A stretch of DNA of 64,000 nucleotides from Clostridiales bacterium (GTDB lineage: Bacteria > Bacillota > Clostridia > TANB77 > CAG-508): positions 10,286-74,285 of the forward strand of contig DPDV01000013.1 in assembly GCA_003534295.1 (NCBI GenBank), written 5' to 3'. The notes beneath the pieces are model-generated. The model saw nothing but the letters and a program-made list of their open reading frames with translations. It searched no databases and was not told where the DNA came from. Shown here one piece after another: positions 1 to 8,455 of this stretch (position 1 is the stretch's first letter; each line of letters opens with the position of its first letter). Both the position numbers and the translations under genes were made by a program.

Positions 1-2
1 TA

Positions 3-926
3 ATAAGAGCAAATATAAAACTAATTGCAGATGAATATAACATAAAGGTTGAAAATTTAGATTGGGTAGCTTCTTTTCATACAGAAGAGAGGCACCCGCA
101 CATACATTTTGTATTTTATGATAAATCAATTTCAAAAAAAGCTAAACCATATGTTCAATATGATAAAATTAAGGAGAAGTTAAACTATTCCGTGTATAAA
201 AAGGACATACAACCATTATTAGACCAAAAGAATACCATAAAAAAGGAAATAAAGGATATTTTTAAAGATAATATTGATGAAATTATTTCTTATGATGCAA
301 ATAAAATATTTGGCAATAAAATTGCACAAAATAGCTTAAACGAAATTGCAGAATTACTAAAAGAGATTTATGAGATAAAAGATTTAGAATATAAAACAAC
401 CAAAAGAGGATCTTGGAAAATGCAGTATCAGACTCCTGAAGTAAAAGAAAAAATAAGAGCTATAATTAATAAAATAATACAGTCATCATCACAAATAAAA
501 TCCGAAGTTAATTCATATATAAATGCTTGCATAGAAACAGAAAAAATTAAAAACATAAATAATACATCACAACGAAGTAATATAAAAATGGAGCAAACTA
601 TAAAAAGAGAAACGGAGTTTATTCTAAAAAAGGTTGACAATCAAATTTTAGAATTTTTAAAAGAATCTAAAGGAAAGATTATGGAGGAACAACAAAAATT
701 GTTTGAAAAGGATTTTGATAAGAAAAAATGTAATAAATTAATTTTAAATATACTTTCTAAAAAGATGAGTCACTTATTTATAAATATCAATAATGATTTA
801 AACAATACTTTAAATGTAAAAAAATATCTAAATAAAAAAACAATAAATTTATCATTATCAAAAAGAGCCAAAAGGGAATTTGCATTGAAGCATAGAGATG
901 TTGGAACTATAGATTGGGAAAAATAA
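3..926 (+). CDS. Putative relaxase/mobilisation protein, 5' end outside the window
   Basis: Frame 3 is open from base 3 (IRANIKLIADEYNIKVENLDWVASFHTEERHPHIHFVFYD...) and runs into the 192..926 track ORF. The HxxxxHPHIH histidine cluster resembles the metal-binding His triad of MOB relaxases. The C-terminal tail is K/E/N-rich. Confidence 0.5.
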   Translation: MRANIKLIADEYNIKVENLDWVASFHTEERHPHIHFVFYDKSISKKAKPYVQYDKIKEKLNYSVYKKDIQPLLDQKNTIKKEIKDIFKDNIDEIISYDANKIFGNKIAQNSLNEIAELLKEIYEIKDLEYKTTKRGSWKMQYQTPEVKEKIRAIINKIIQSSSQIKSEVNSYINACIETEKIKNINNTSQRSNIKMEQTIKRETEFILKKVDNQILEFLKESKGKIMEEQQKLFEKDFDKKKCNKLILNILSKKMSHLFININNDLNNTLNVKKYLNKKTINLSLSKRAKREFALKHRDVGTIDWEK

Positions 927-1054
927 ACTTGATTAAATAAAATCAAAAATTTGTTCTGTGTTCGCTTGAACTTCGGAGCAAGTTAATATATAATGAGATA
1001 GCATTAGCAATAAATATACATAAGGATATTAAAAATTATAAGGATGGCAAAACA

Positions 1055-1346
1055 ATGGGACGATTTGTAGAGATGAAAAATGAAGAGCTGTTTGATTTTA
1101 TTAAAAATTACATAGCTGATAAAATTGAGAAGAATAGTGACGAAGTTAGGTATTCATACTTTGAATTAAAAGTAAAGATGGATATGGACGAAAGTGATAT
1201 AGATAGATTTCTAAAATGCAGTATAATTATATTGGAAGGACTTCGGTTACAGAGTTTACTTTACAGGATCAAAATTTGAATTTAAAAATGCAAAAAGAAC
1301 TGTGGAAGATAATGAACTTATGATTGCAGTAAAGGATGGAGAATAG
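1055..1346 (+). CDS. Small hypothetical element protein with a frame break at in-frame CGG 1244-1246
   Basis: The 0-frame ends 11 codons after CGG (RLQSLLYRIKI*). Skipping C1244 gives GYRVYFTGSKFEFKNAKRTVEDNELMIAVKDGE*, ending at 1346, one base before the ATG of the next ORF (1348). That is typical operon packing. Confidence 0.4.
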
Positions 1347-1347
1347 G

Positions 1348-1548
1348 ATGAATTTATATAATAATTTTAACAAACAAGAAAAAGATCTATTAGCAGAGGC
1401 TAATGTAACAATAGAAAATAAAGAATATTCAAAAGATGAGTGTAAAAATATGATTTTTAGTATAGTTGATTATGTAATGAATTATAGTAAGAATGACATT
1501 AGTAAAAATATGAATAAATATAATGAAATCATAGAAAAACTACGATAA
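1348..1548 (+). CDS. Small hypothetical protein (66 aa)
   Basis: The ATG at 1348 lies 6 nt after GGAG. This is the track ORF 1336..1548 trimmed to the start with a Shine-Dalgarno. Confidence 0.4.
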   Translation: MNLYNNFNKQEKDLLAEANVTIENKEYSKDECKNMIFSIVDYVMNYSKNDISKNMNKYNEIIEKLR

Positions 1549-1639
1549 GTTTTATATAAAGTAAAATTTAATGAAAAAGATATATTATTTTCAAGATAGA
1601 GAAGGAAATGGGTTATGGGAAAATTTAATATTTTGATAG

Positions 1640-1668
1640 TTGACAGGCTTTACATAAAGTAATATAAT
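1640..1668 (+). promoter_or_regulatory. Consensus sigma-A-type promoter (TTGACA-17 nt-TATAAT)
   Basis: TTGACA at 1640-1645 and TATAAT at 1663-1668 with a 17-nt spacer, directly upstream of the 1673-4448 gene string. Confidence 0.6.
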
Positions 1669-1672
1669 AACC

Positions 1673-1975
1673 ATGTTTTTACATAATGATATGGGATTTT
1701 TTAGTGTAGTAACTGAATTATTGGCAAATTTATTAACTGATGATTTAAAAATAAAAATTAGTCCAGGGTATGTAGCTATGCACTCAAATTTTACACAAAT
1801 ATATGACAAAACAGCTAATATAGCAGATGAAATAGAAGAGTCAAGTGAAATTATTGATTTACAAAAAATGCCTATAATTGAAAATGGACAAGATGTATTA
1901 GATGATATATATAATTTAGGTAGTAAATCGCCGAAAACAAAATTTATGAAATGGAGTATAGAAAATGCAAAATGA
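1673..1975 (+). CDS. Hypothetical acidic protein (100 aa), first ORF of the nucleotide operon
   Basis: The ORF is co-directional with the downstream genes and overlaps the next ORF by 11 nt. It has no Shine-Dalgarno, and its ATG sits 5 nt after the -10 box, so it may be leaderless. The antisense ORF 1591..2013 looks like an AT-rich artefact. Confidence 0.35.
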   Translation: MFLHNDMGFFSVVTELLANLLTDDLKIKISPGYVAMHSNFTQIYDKTANIADEIEESSEIIDLQKMPIIENGQDVLDDIYNLGSKSPKTKFMKWSIENAK

Positions 1976-2516
1976 TAATAAATTGATAATTGTTTGCTCA
2001 AAGAATAAAGCAAAAAATGAAGCTGTAAAAAATGTAATGATGCAATATTTTAAAAATTTTGAAATAAAGTCTTTAGAAACAAATTCAAATGTGTCGGAAA
2101 CACCAATAGGTGATGAAGAGGGAATAAAAGGATGCCTTCATAGAATAAAAGATGCTATTAGTCAAAATGAAAATGGTAACTTGTATATTGCAATGGAGGG
2201 AATATTATCAAAAACAACATATGGTAGTTTTCTTTGTGGTTGGACAGTTATTTATAATAAAGTTGAAAATGAATATTATTATGGATGTAGTGCAAAAATT
2301 AAAATACCAGATGAAATTATAGAAAAAACTGATAAATCGCAACGATTATCGGAAGTTGTTGCGAAGTTTGTAGGAAGGACAGATGATGAAATAAGTACTA
2401 TAGGTACTAATGGATTACTTACACAAGGAGCTTATACAAGAACTGATGAATTTACAGATTCCATTGTGTGTGCTATAGCAACTAAATATAAAAAAATAAA
2501 TAATAAGGAGAATTAG
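1965..2516 (+). CDS. Inosine/xanthosine triphosphatase-like NTPase (YjjX / NTPase_I-T family)
   Basis: Aligns by eye along its length with E. coli YjjX: SNVSETPIGDEEGIKGCLHRIKDA vs [24 protein letters not shown], and GTNGLLTQGAYTRTDEFTDSIVCAI vs [25 protein letters not shown]. Confidence 0.7.
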   Translation: MQNDNKLIIVCSKNKAKNEAVKNVMMQYFKNFEIKSLETNSNVSETPIGDEEGIKGCLHRIKDAISQNENGNLYIAMEGILSKTTYGSFLCGWTVIYNKVENEYYYGCSAKIKIPDEIIEKTDKSQRLSEVVAKFVGRTDDEISTIGTNGLLTQGAYTRTDEFTDSIVCAIATKYKKINNKEN

Positions 2517-2520
2517 TTAA

Positions 2521-3138
2521 ATGAAACCAAGTATTATTACTATTTCTGGTCCTTCGGCTGCGGGAAAATCATTTTTAGTAGATGAAATAATACAGAATTT
2601 TCCTAATATTACAGAAATAATAGGCTTAACAACTAGACCTAAGAGAAAAGATGAAGTAGATGGAAAATCTAGTCATTTTATGACAAAACTAGAATTGGAA
2701 CAACTTGAAAAAGCGGGGGAGTTAATATTAGTAAAGGAATTTTTTGGTAATAAATATGCCTGGTACAAAAGAGATTTAGTTAATACTGAAGAATTGAGAA
2801 TTATCAATATTTCATATAAGAGTATAGAAGAATTGAAAAGAAACGGCTTGAATATTTTTTCTATATTTGTTCGTCCAAAATCTGAAGAACAGTTAAAAGA
2901 GGTATTGAGATTAAGAACGACATCAAGAGTTGAATACGAAAAAAGATTAAGAGATTATTATGAAAGTGAACAATTTCTTGAAACATCTAAACAAAATTTT
3001 GATTTGTTATTTACAAATTGTTACGATAAAGAGTCTTCAAGAAGATTGCTAAATTATATAAGAAATACATTTATTCGTGACGGAGATTATAGTAGAGGTG
3101 TTAAAAAGATAAGAGAAGATGATGAATATGAAAGATAG
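2521..3138 (+). CDS. Guanylate-kinase-like P-loop nucleoside monophosphate kinase
   Basis: P-loop GPSAAGKS. TTRPKRKDEVDGKSSHF matches the GK motif TTRxxRxGExxGxxYxF. The divergent GNKYAW replaces GNxYGT. Confidence 0.65.
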   Translation: MKPSIITISGPSAAGKSFLVDEIIQNFPNITEIIGLTTRPKRKDEVDGKSSHFMTKLELEQLEKAGELILVKEFFGNKYAWYKRDLVNTEELRIINISYKSIEELKRNGLNIFSIFVRPKSEEQLKEVLRLRTTSRVEYEKRLRDYYESEQFLETSKQNFDLLFTNCYDKESSRRLLNYIRNTFIRDGDYSRGVKKIREDDEYER

Positions 3139-3207
3139 CGAAATATATGATAAAAGTAAAAAATATGAAATCGATTAAAAAGATAAAAAGTTTTTGAGGT
3201 GATAAAG

Positions 3208-3813
3208 ATGAAAGAAATATTATTTGCAACAGGAAATATAGCAAAAGTTGATAGATTTTATGAAAAATTATTAAAAAAGGGAATATTATTAAAATCATTA
3301 AAAGATATAGATATTAAAATTGATGTAGATGAAAATGGAAAAACAGCAATAGAAAATGCAACAATAAAAGCAAAAGCATATTATGACGCAACTAAAATAA
3401 CTACTATGGCTATGGATGATACAATGTATATAGAAGGTATTCCAGAAGATAAACAACCAGGAGTTTTTGTAAGAAGGATAAATGGCAAAAGATTAAATGA
3501 TGAAGAAATGATTGACTATTATACTAATCTTGTAAAAACATACGGTAAAGATGGAAAATTAAATACAAAATGGATATTAGGTATGGTAATTATAAAAGAT
3601 GGTGAAATTTCAACTTATACAGGGGTTACAAATGAATATTATTTGGTGGATGAGCCTGCTAAAGATATAAAAGAAGGTTATCCATTGAGCTCAATATTAA
3701 TAAATAAAAAGCTTAATAAGTATGATATATATTTGACAGAAGAAGATATGAAAATTGGTCAAGCTGATGATAGTGATTTTATTAATTTTATTGAAAACGT
3801 TATCAATAAATAA
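3208..3813 (+). CDS. Ham1/RdgB-like non-canonical purine NTP pyrophosphatase (divergent)
   Basis: N-terminal ILFATGNIAKV (the ATGNxxK signature), ENATIKAKA and MDDT motifs. The C-terminal FGYDP/SHR motifs are not obvious. Start moved to the ATG at 3208, downstream of GAGGTGA. Confidence 0.6.
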   Translation: MKEILFATGNIAKVDRFYEKLLKKGILLKSLKDIDIKIDVDENGKTAIENATIKAKAYYDATKITTMAMDDTMYIEGIPEDKQPGVFVRRINGKRLNDEEMIDYYTNLVKTYGKDGKLNTKWILGMVIIKDGEISTYTGVTNEYYLVDEPAKDIKEGYPLSSILINKKLNKYDIYLTEEDMKIGQADDSDFINFIENVINK

Positions 3814-3851
3814 AAAATCTAAAATAGAATGATGAGGATATAAATTATAAA

Positions 3852-4448
3852 ATGGATATAACAGAAAATATTGAGAATATAATAGAAGAGCCTATACACG
3901 GTAGAAAATTTTATACAGATGATAATATAATCACACTAAAAAGAAAATTAATTGAAATATATGAAAGAATAAATTTAGAGAAGCTTGAAGAAAAGGATAT
4001 AATAAAATATATTGGCGATTTTGTAAAAAATAATGTAAAATATAAGAAATCATATTTTGATAGTTTTACAGGAAAAGTAGAAAAATTTGATTATAGTGAT
4101 GTTAAGTATAGAACTGCATATGGGGCACTTGTTGAAGGAGAAGCAATGTGTGCTGGATATGCCGAAGCTATTAGAATTTTACTTAGTTTGTATAATATTA
4201 AAAGTTTTACAATTTTATCAAAACTTCCATTAGAGCGAAAAAAATTATTACATTATGTTGTTGCTATAAAGTGCAATTGTGATGGAGAGTATATTATATT
4301 AGATCCTGAAAGCGAGCAGTATTGTGAAAAAAATAAAATTGATTATGAAGAATATAAAGAAAAATGTATATATATGCTTTCAGATAAAATATTTACAAAT
4401 AATGTTTTAGGAAAAGATGGAGCAGGAATGCTTGCAGAAGAATATTAA
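3852..4448 (+). CDS. Transglutaminase-like cysteine peptidase superfamily protein
   Basis: Candidate Cys-His-Asp triad: GEAMCAGYAEA, LLHYVVAI, ILDPES. Confidence 0.6.
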   Translation: MDITENIENIIEEPIHGRKFYTDDNIITLKRKLIEIYERINLEKLEEKDIIKYIGDFVKNNVKYKKSYFDSFTGKVEKFDYSDVKYRTAYGALVEGEAMCAGYAEAIRILLSLYNIKSFTILSKLPLERKKLLHYVVAIKCNCDGEYIILDPESEQYCEKNKIDYEEYKEKCIYMLSDKIFTNNVLGKDGAGMLAEEY

Positions 4449-4580
4449 AAAAATATTGAAATACCTAGAGTAATAGGAACTAAAAAAATAGAAAATTTGA
4501 TAGAAAATATCGAAAAGATGGATAGTGTATGTAGATAATATTTTTATAAAATTTTACATAAAAGGAGTTATACTCTTAGT

Positions 4581-4843
4581 TTCTCGAATGAGGACGAAGC
4601 AAAAAAATTCGAGAGTGAGCTCAATGCTACGCAGGTCGATTTTTGGAAAAATGGCAGAGATAATGCTGTAAGAAGAAAGTCGATGCATGCAGACCCGTTG
4701 GATTGTTCCGTTAGTGTGAATTTTGACACTGCCAACTGCACTGAAAAGTGGTCTTTCAAGGTCGCTCTGGCAAATGTCGATGAGATGAATCAGTTTTTTG
4801 CTGATCTCAAGTTCGCACTGTGGGGACCGATGCCGAGTATTTA
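4581..4843 (+). pseudogene. Start-less remnant of a foreign gene with higher GC
   Basis: Open frame FSNEDEAKKFESELNATQVDFWKNGRDNAVRRKSMHADPLDCSVSVNFDTANCTEKWSFKVALANVDEMNQFFADLKFALWGPMPSI* begins right after a TAG and has no plausible start. G+C is about 40-45% by hand count, against a much more AT-rich background. Confidence 0.4.
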
Positions 4844-4881
4844 ACCTGAAATGACGCGTTTGCTAGTGCGTCAAGGAAAAA

Positions 4882-4927
4882 AGAAAGCGTATGGGAGTTA
4901 CATAACTTCCGTACGTTTCTTTTTTTA
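4882..4927 (+). terminator. Rho-independent terminator
   Basis: Stem AGAAAGCGTATGGGA / TCCGTACGTTTCT followed by a T7 run. Confidence 0.55.
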
Positions 4928-5121
4928 TTTAGAGAAAAAATAAAAATATTATAATTCAATGAAAGAACTTTGATATGTTAGATAAAACTAATAAAAAACA
5001 TTTCAAAATTCTTTCATTGTTTTTCTAAAAAAATAAAATATAATGGTATTATGAAAATGAAGAGGTCTAAAAACGGACTTCTTCATTTTTATTTTTTTAA
5101 AAAATGAAGGAGGTTGCAAAT

Positions 5122-6333
5122 ATGAAAAGAAAAATTATAGCAAAAGTAATTATGATGTTTGGTATTGTATTACTATTAACAATTAATTCATCAAATATTG
5201 CAAAAGCAGATACTACAACAATACAGTATGATGGAAAAATAACATATGGATCTTCAACGGTTGGCTCATTCTATGTTGATGGAAAAAGGGCTTTTTGTAT
5301 GGATCATAGTAAGCTAAGTCCATCTAGTGGTACTGTAGCTGAAACTAGCATATATTCAGATTCAAATGTGGTAAAATGCTTGTATTATGGTTGGGAAGGT
5401 GTTGAAGTCTGGTCAGGATTTAACGGTAATAGTAATTATGGTATAGTCGCTACAACTTTAGCATTAGATCACTATGTAAATGGAAGCAATAAGACTGTAG
5501 CAAAAGATTTTATTGCATTTTTAGATTCAGCTCCAATACCAAAAGAATCATTAGAATTTACTACAAAAGATCTTGAAGCTAAAATTCAAGATGGAAAACA
5601 AGTAACAGAACAAACTACAGTTATGGGAACAACAGGAATAACTTTAAAATTTGATATACCAAATGATGTTACTATTGTATGTGACAGTGGTAATTGGTCA
5701 AAAACAGGAGGTACAGTGGAAGTTAGTAATGGAGATTTAATTCATTTTGAAGCTCCAATTACAAAGACAGGTACTTGGTCATCTTCACAAATACCAAACT
5801 CATATATATTAAATGCAATATTAGCTCAAACAAGTGATTCAGGATTACAAAGATTAGTAAGACTTGGGAAAAAAGATCCTACAACATATACAAGTATATC
5901 TATTAATTTTATAAGTACAGGTGCTTTTGAAATCCACAAAACAGATAGTGAAACTGGTAATGGGATAAAAGATACTGTGTATACTGTAAAAAATTTTTCA
6001 GGAGAGCTAGTTGGAAAAATTAAAACAGATGAAAATGGATATGGAACTTTAGAAGGATTATATGCAGGCAACTATACTTTAAATGAAGAAAATTCAAATG
6101 AAAATTATATAAAGGCAACAAGTGATGTAAATAGTGAGATTACAGCAGGAGAAACAACAAAATTGGAATTAACTAATGAGCATAAAAAAGGAAACTTAAA
6201 GATATACAAAGTAGATAAAGATAACAATAGAGTTGTACTTGGAAATGTGCAATTTGACCTATATTCAGAGGAGCTACAAAAAGTTATTGGAACATATACA
6301 ACTGACGTAAATTGTAATAAATTTTACTTGTAA
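5122..6333 (+). pseudogene. Secreted surface adhesin (possible thioester-type N-domain plus Cna-B/SpaA repeats), 3'-truncated by an IS remnant
   Basis: Signal peptide MKRKIIAKVIMMFGIVLLLTINSSNIAKA. RAFCMDH and GLQRLV could form a Cys/Gln thioester pair. There is a clear Cna-B repeat (FEIHKTDSETGNGIKDTVYTV...TDENGYGTLEGLYAGNYTLNE). The second repeat stops at GTYTTD (about 6306) and continues into IS-derived sequence. No LPXTG motif is present. Confidence 0.6.
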
Positions 6334-7429
6334 CATTAAGTCCAACTAAATATTCTGGGACAGAGTAAAAATTATTTTCTATTTGTACAAAGCTGTATTT
6401 ATTAACTAGACTCTTTCTAATATTAGCTAATTCTAAAGGTGGCTTAGTCGGTTTTAAATTTCTTTTTTCTTCTTCAATTTTACTGTTTTCATTAAGTTTC
6501 ATAAGTCGACTTTCCATATATTCAATTACGGAATCTTCTGAAGGAAACTTGTAATTTTCAGCAAATATCTTATTTCTTAAATACTTTACACTACCTTCAA
6601 CATAACCTTTTTCATTGCCACTAAATGCATTTGTTACATTAATGTCAAAACCATAATATATGCTCATTTTTACTAAATCCTCATTTAATTCTTTTTCGCT
6701 TTTTCCAATAAATTTAGAAACTACATTTCTCATATTATCGTAAACAACTTCTTTCTAAACACCTCCAATCATTTCAAAAAATTTAACATGAGAATCTAAA
6801 AATACATCTTTTTTACAGTTATCATAAAGATAGCACCATCTAAAATTTCCAGCAGGACTGGATAAAACAGCTATGTAATATCTTTTCAAAACACCATTTA
6901 TTACAAGTTTAACTTCACCAAAATCATATTCTAATCTATCTCCAAATTCATAATCCTGTTTAATGAAACATTCATTACCAGATTGTTTAAATTTCCTAAT
7001 CTCTAATATCACTGAAGAATAACTTACATCAAACCCTAGCCTTTTAAGTAATTCATAAATTTGTTGTTTTGTTAAAGCTTATTTATTTGTTCCAAGAACC
7101 TTACATTTATTTTCTTCATCTTTTAAAATATTTTCTAATGCTTAAAAAAAATCTGGTGTTAATTTTCTTCTAACTCTTGAAACAGAATTATATTTAGGTT
7201 TGGAAACAATGTCCTCTTGAATTCTTAAAATATTAGTTGAATTAGTTTCATTGTCTAATTTACTTAAATTTTCTTTATATTCATTCCAATATTTATTTAC
7301 GGTTTTTTTATCAATTCCTAAAGATTTAGCAACAGATCTATTAGATAATCCTTTTTCCTTTAATTTTAATATTGCTGATAAATCCATAAAATTTTTCATC
7401 TCCCTCAACCTCCAAATATATTTAAACAT
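6284..7429 (-). pseudogene. istA: IS21-family transposase (IstA) pseudogene
   Basis: HTH N-terminus (LKEKGLSNRSVAKSLGIDKKTVNKYW), GDRLEYDFGEV and VVYDNMRNVV...YYGFDINVTNAFSGNEKGYVEGSVKY motifs. Three in-frame stops are read directly (TAA at 7142-7144, TAA near 7080, TAG near 6752). The C-terminus and istB are missing. Confidence 0.7.
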
Positions 7430-7510
7430 ATATTTGAAGTTATGTAAAAAAGTGGTCCGTTTTTCAATTATTATTAATTGAATTTTTGGTCCACTTTTAG
7501 TTTATCAAAA
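6307..7510 (-). mobile_element. Truncated IS21-family insertion sequence remnant
   Basis: The decayed istA, plus repeated GTGGTCC/GGTCCAC motifs at 7452-7495 that look like multi-site IS21 termini. The other end is lost at the junction with the adhesin gene, about 6306. Confidence 0.55.
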
Positions 7511-7662
7511 ACAGAAGAAAGTTATCTAATATGGCTTATAGAAATTGGAACGTTAGTGCTTATAGTTATGATAGTGATAGAAAACGATATGTTTTTAAAA
7601 GTGAGCTTGGAAAAAGCATTGATGTTCCTAAATATATAAAATTGCGAAAGTAGGGATATAGA

Positions 7663-7863
7663 ATGGACAAGAGTTTGTTAAAAAGAATAATTGTTAGTTA
7701 CGGGGTTTTGGCACTACATTCACTACAAAAATCGGCTAACAAAGATTATAAATTAAAAGATTTTAAGATAGAGCATTTGGCAGATGAAATTGAAGTAATG
7801 ATTGGAGTATATCCAAAAGAAATAGCAATTGTAAAATACTTTAATTTAAAAGATGAAGATTAG
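7663..7863 (+). CDS. Small hypothetical protein
   Basis: Track ORF among a string of short co-directional ORFs (7532-8154), typical of element accessory regions. Confidence 0.3.
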   Translation: MDKSLLKRIIVSYGVLALHSLQKSANKDYKLKDFKIEHLADEIEVMIGVYPKEIAIVKYFNLKDED

Positions 7864-8174
7864 AGTTGAAGGAAGTTATCTTAGACTTTTTAAATGAAGA
7901 ACACGAAAGATTTTATAAAAGGGTATGTGATGAAATGATGTATGATGGTGAAGAAGATATTAGGACACTATGTATCTAAAATCCAACAAGATCAATATTC
8001 TGAGGAGGAAGAGCCATAAAAATTTGGATAGTGTTGTTTGTAGGAATTAGTAGTTGGTGGAAACATGAATAAATCAGATTACGAAAGAAAAATGAGAGAT
8101 AAAGAGGCGATGAGATATTGGAAACAAAAGAATAATTATACACAAAAAACATAAAATTTATTGTGGAGGGTATT

Positions 8175-8387
8175 ATGCAAATTTTTAAATCGAAACATAA
8201 TGGATTGGATTTTTGCCAAATCTATGCCACAAAAGATGAATTACAAAATGAAGAAATACAAGAAAAAATTAACAATATTAAGAAATCTGAGTCAAAGGTT
8301 GCTATGTTTGTGAGTGGGGACGATGAATACTTAAAGATAATTGAAAGAATCATTATGTTGGAGGTAGAAAAAAGAAATGTTTTGTGA
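8175..8387 (+). CDS. Small conserved protein paired with serine recombinase (copy 1)
   Basis: Homologous to 24641..24856 (QIYATKDELQ / QIYLTEDELQ; AMFVSGDDEYLKIIERII / AIFVTGKENYPEILGKII). Both lie immediately 5' of homologous recombinases. The ATG at 8175 follows GGAGGG. Confidence 0.5.
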   Translation: MQIFKSKHNGLDFCQIYATKDELQNEEIQEKINNIKKSESKVAMFVSGDDEYLKIIERIIMLEVEKRNVL

Positions 8388-8455
8388 TATAATAGCTCCA
8401 ATATCTAAAACAGCAAATTACATATATAGCAAGCTCGGAAGGAGCATATATATAT

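Noticed and set aside
1591-2013. 140-aa minus-strand ORF overlapping the first operon ORF
   Set aside because: It is hydrophobic and low-complexity, has no RBS, and runs against a consensus promoter and a co-directional operon. The + strand ORF is preferred, although with low confidence.
4449-4538. Frame stays open for 29 codons after the TAA stop of the transglutaminase-like gene
   Set aside because: This could indicate a nonsense mutation or readthrough. However, the extension has no recognisable conserved feature, and 29 open codons can occur by chance. I cannot decide without orthologs.
4568-4759. 63-aa minus-strand ORF in the higher-GC fragment
   Set aside because: The + strand frame is open for 87 codons and ends at a terminator, whereas the minus ORF has no RBS. 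It is probably the antisense shadow of the remnant.
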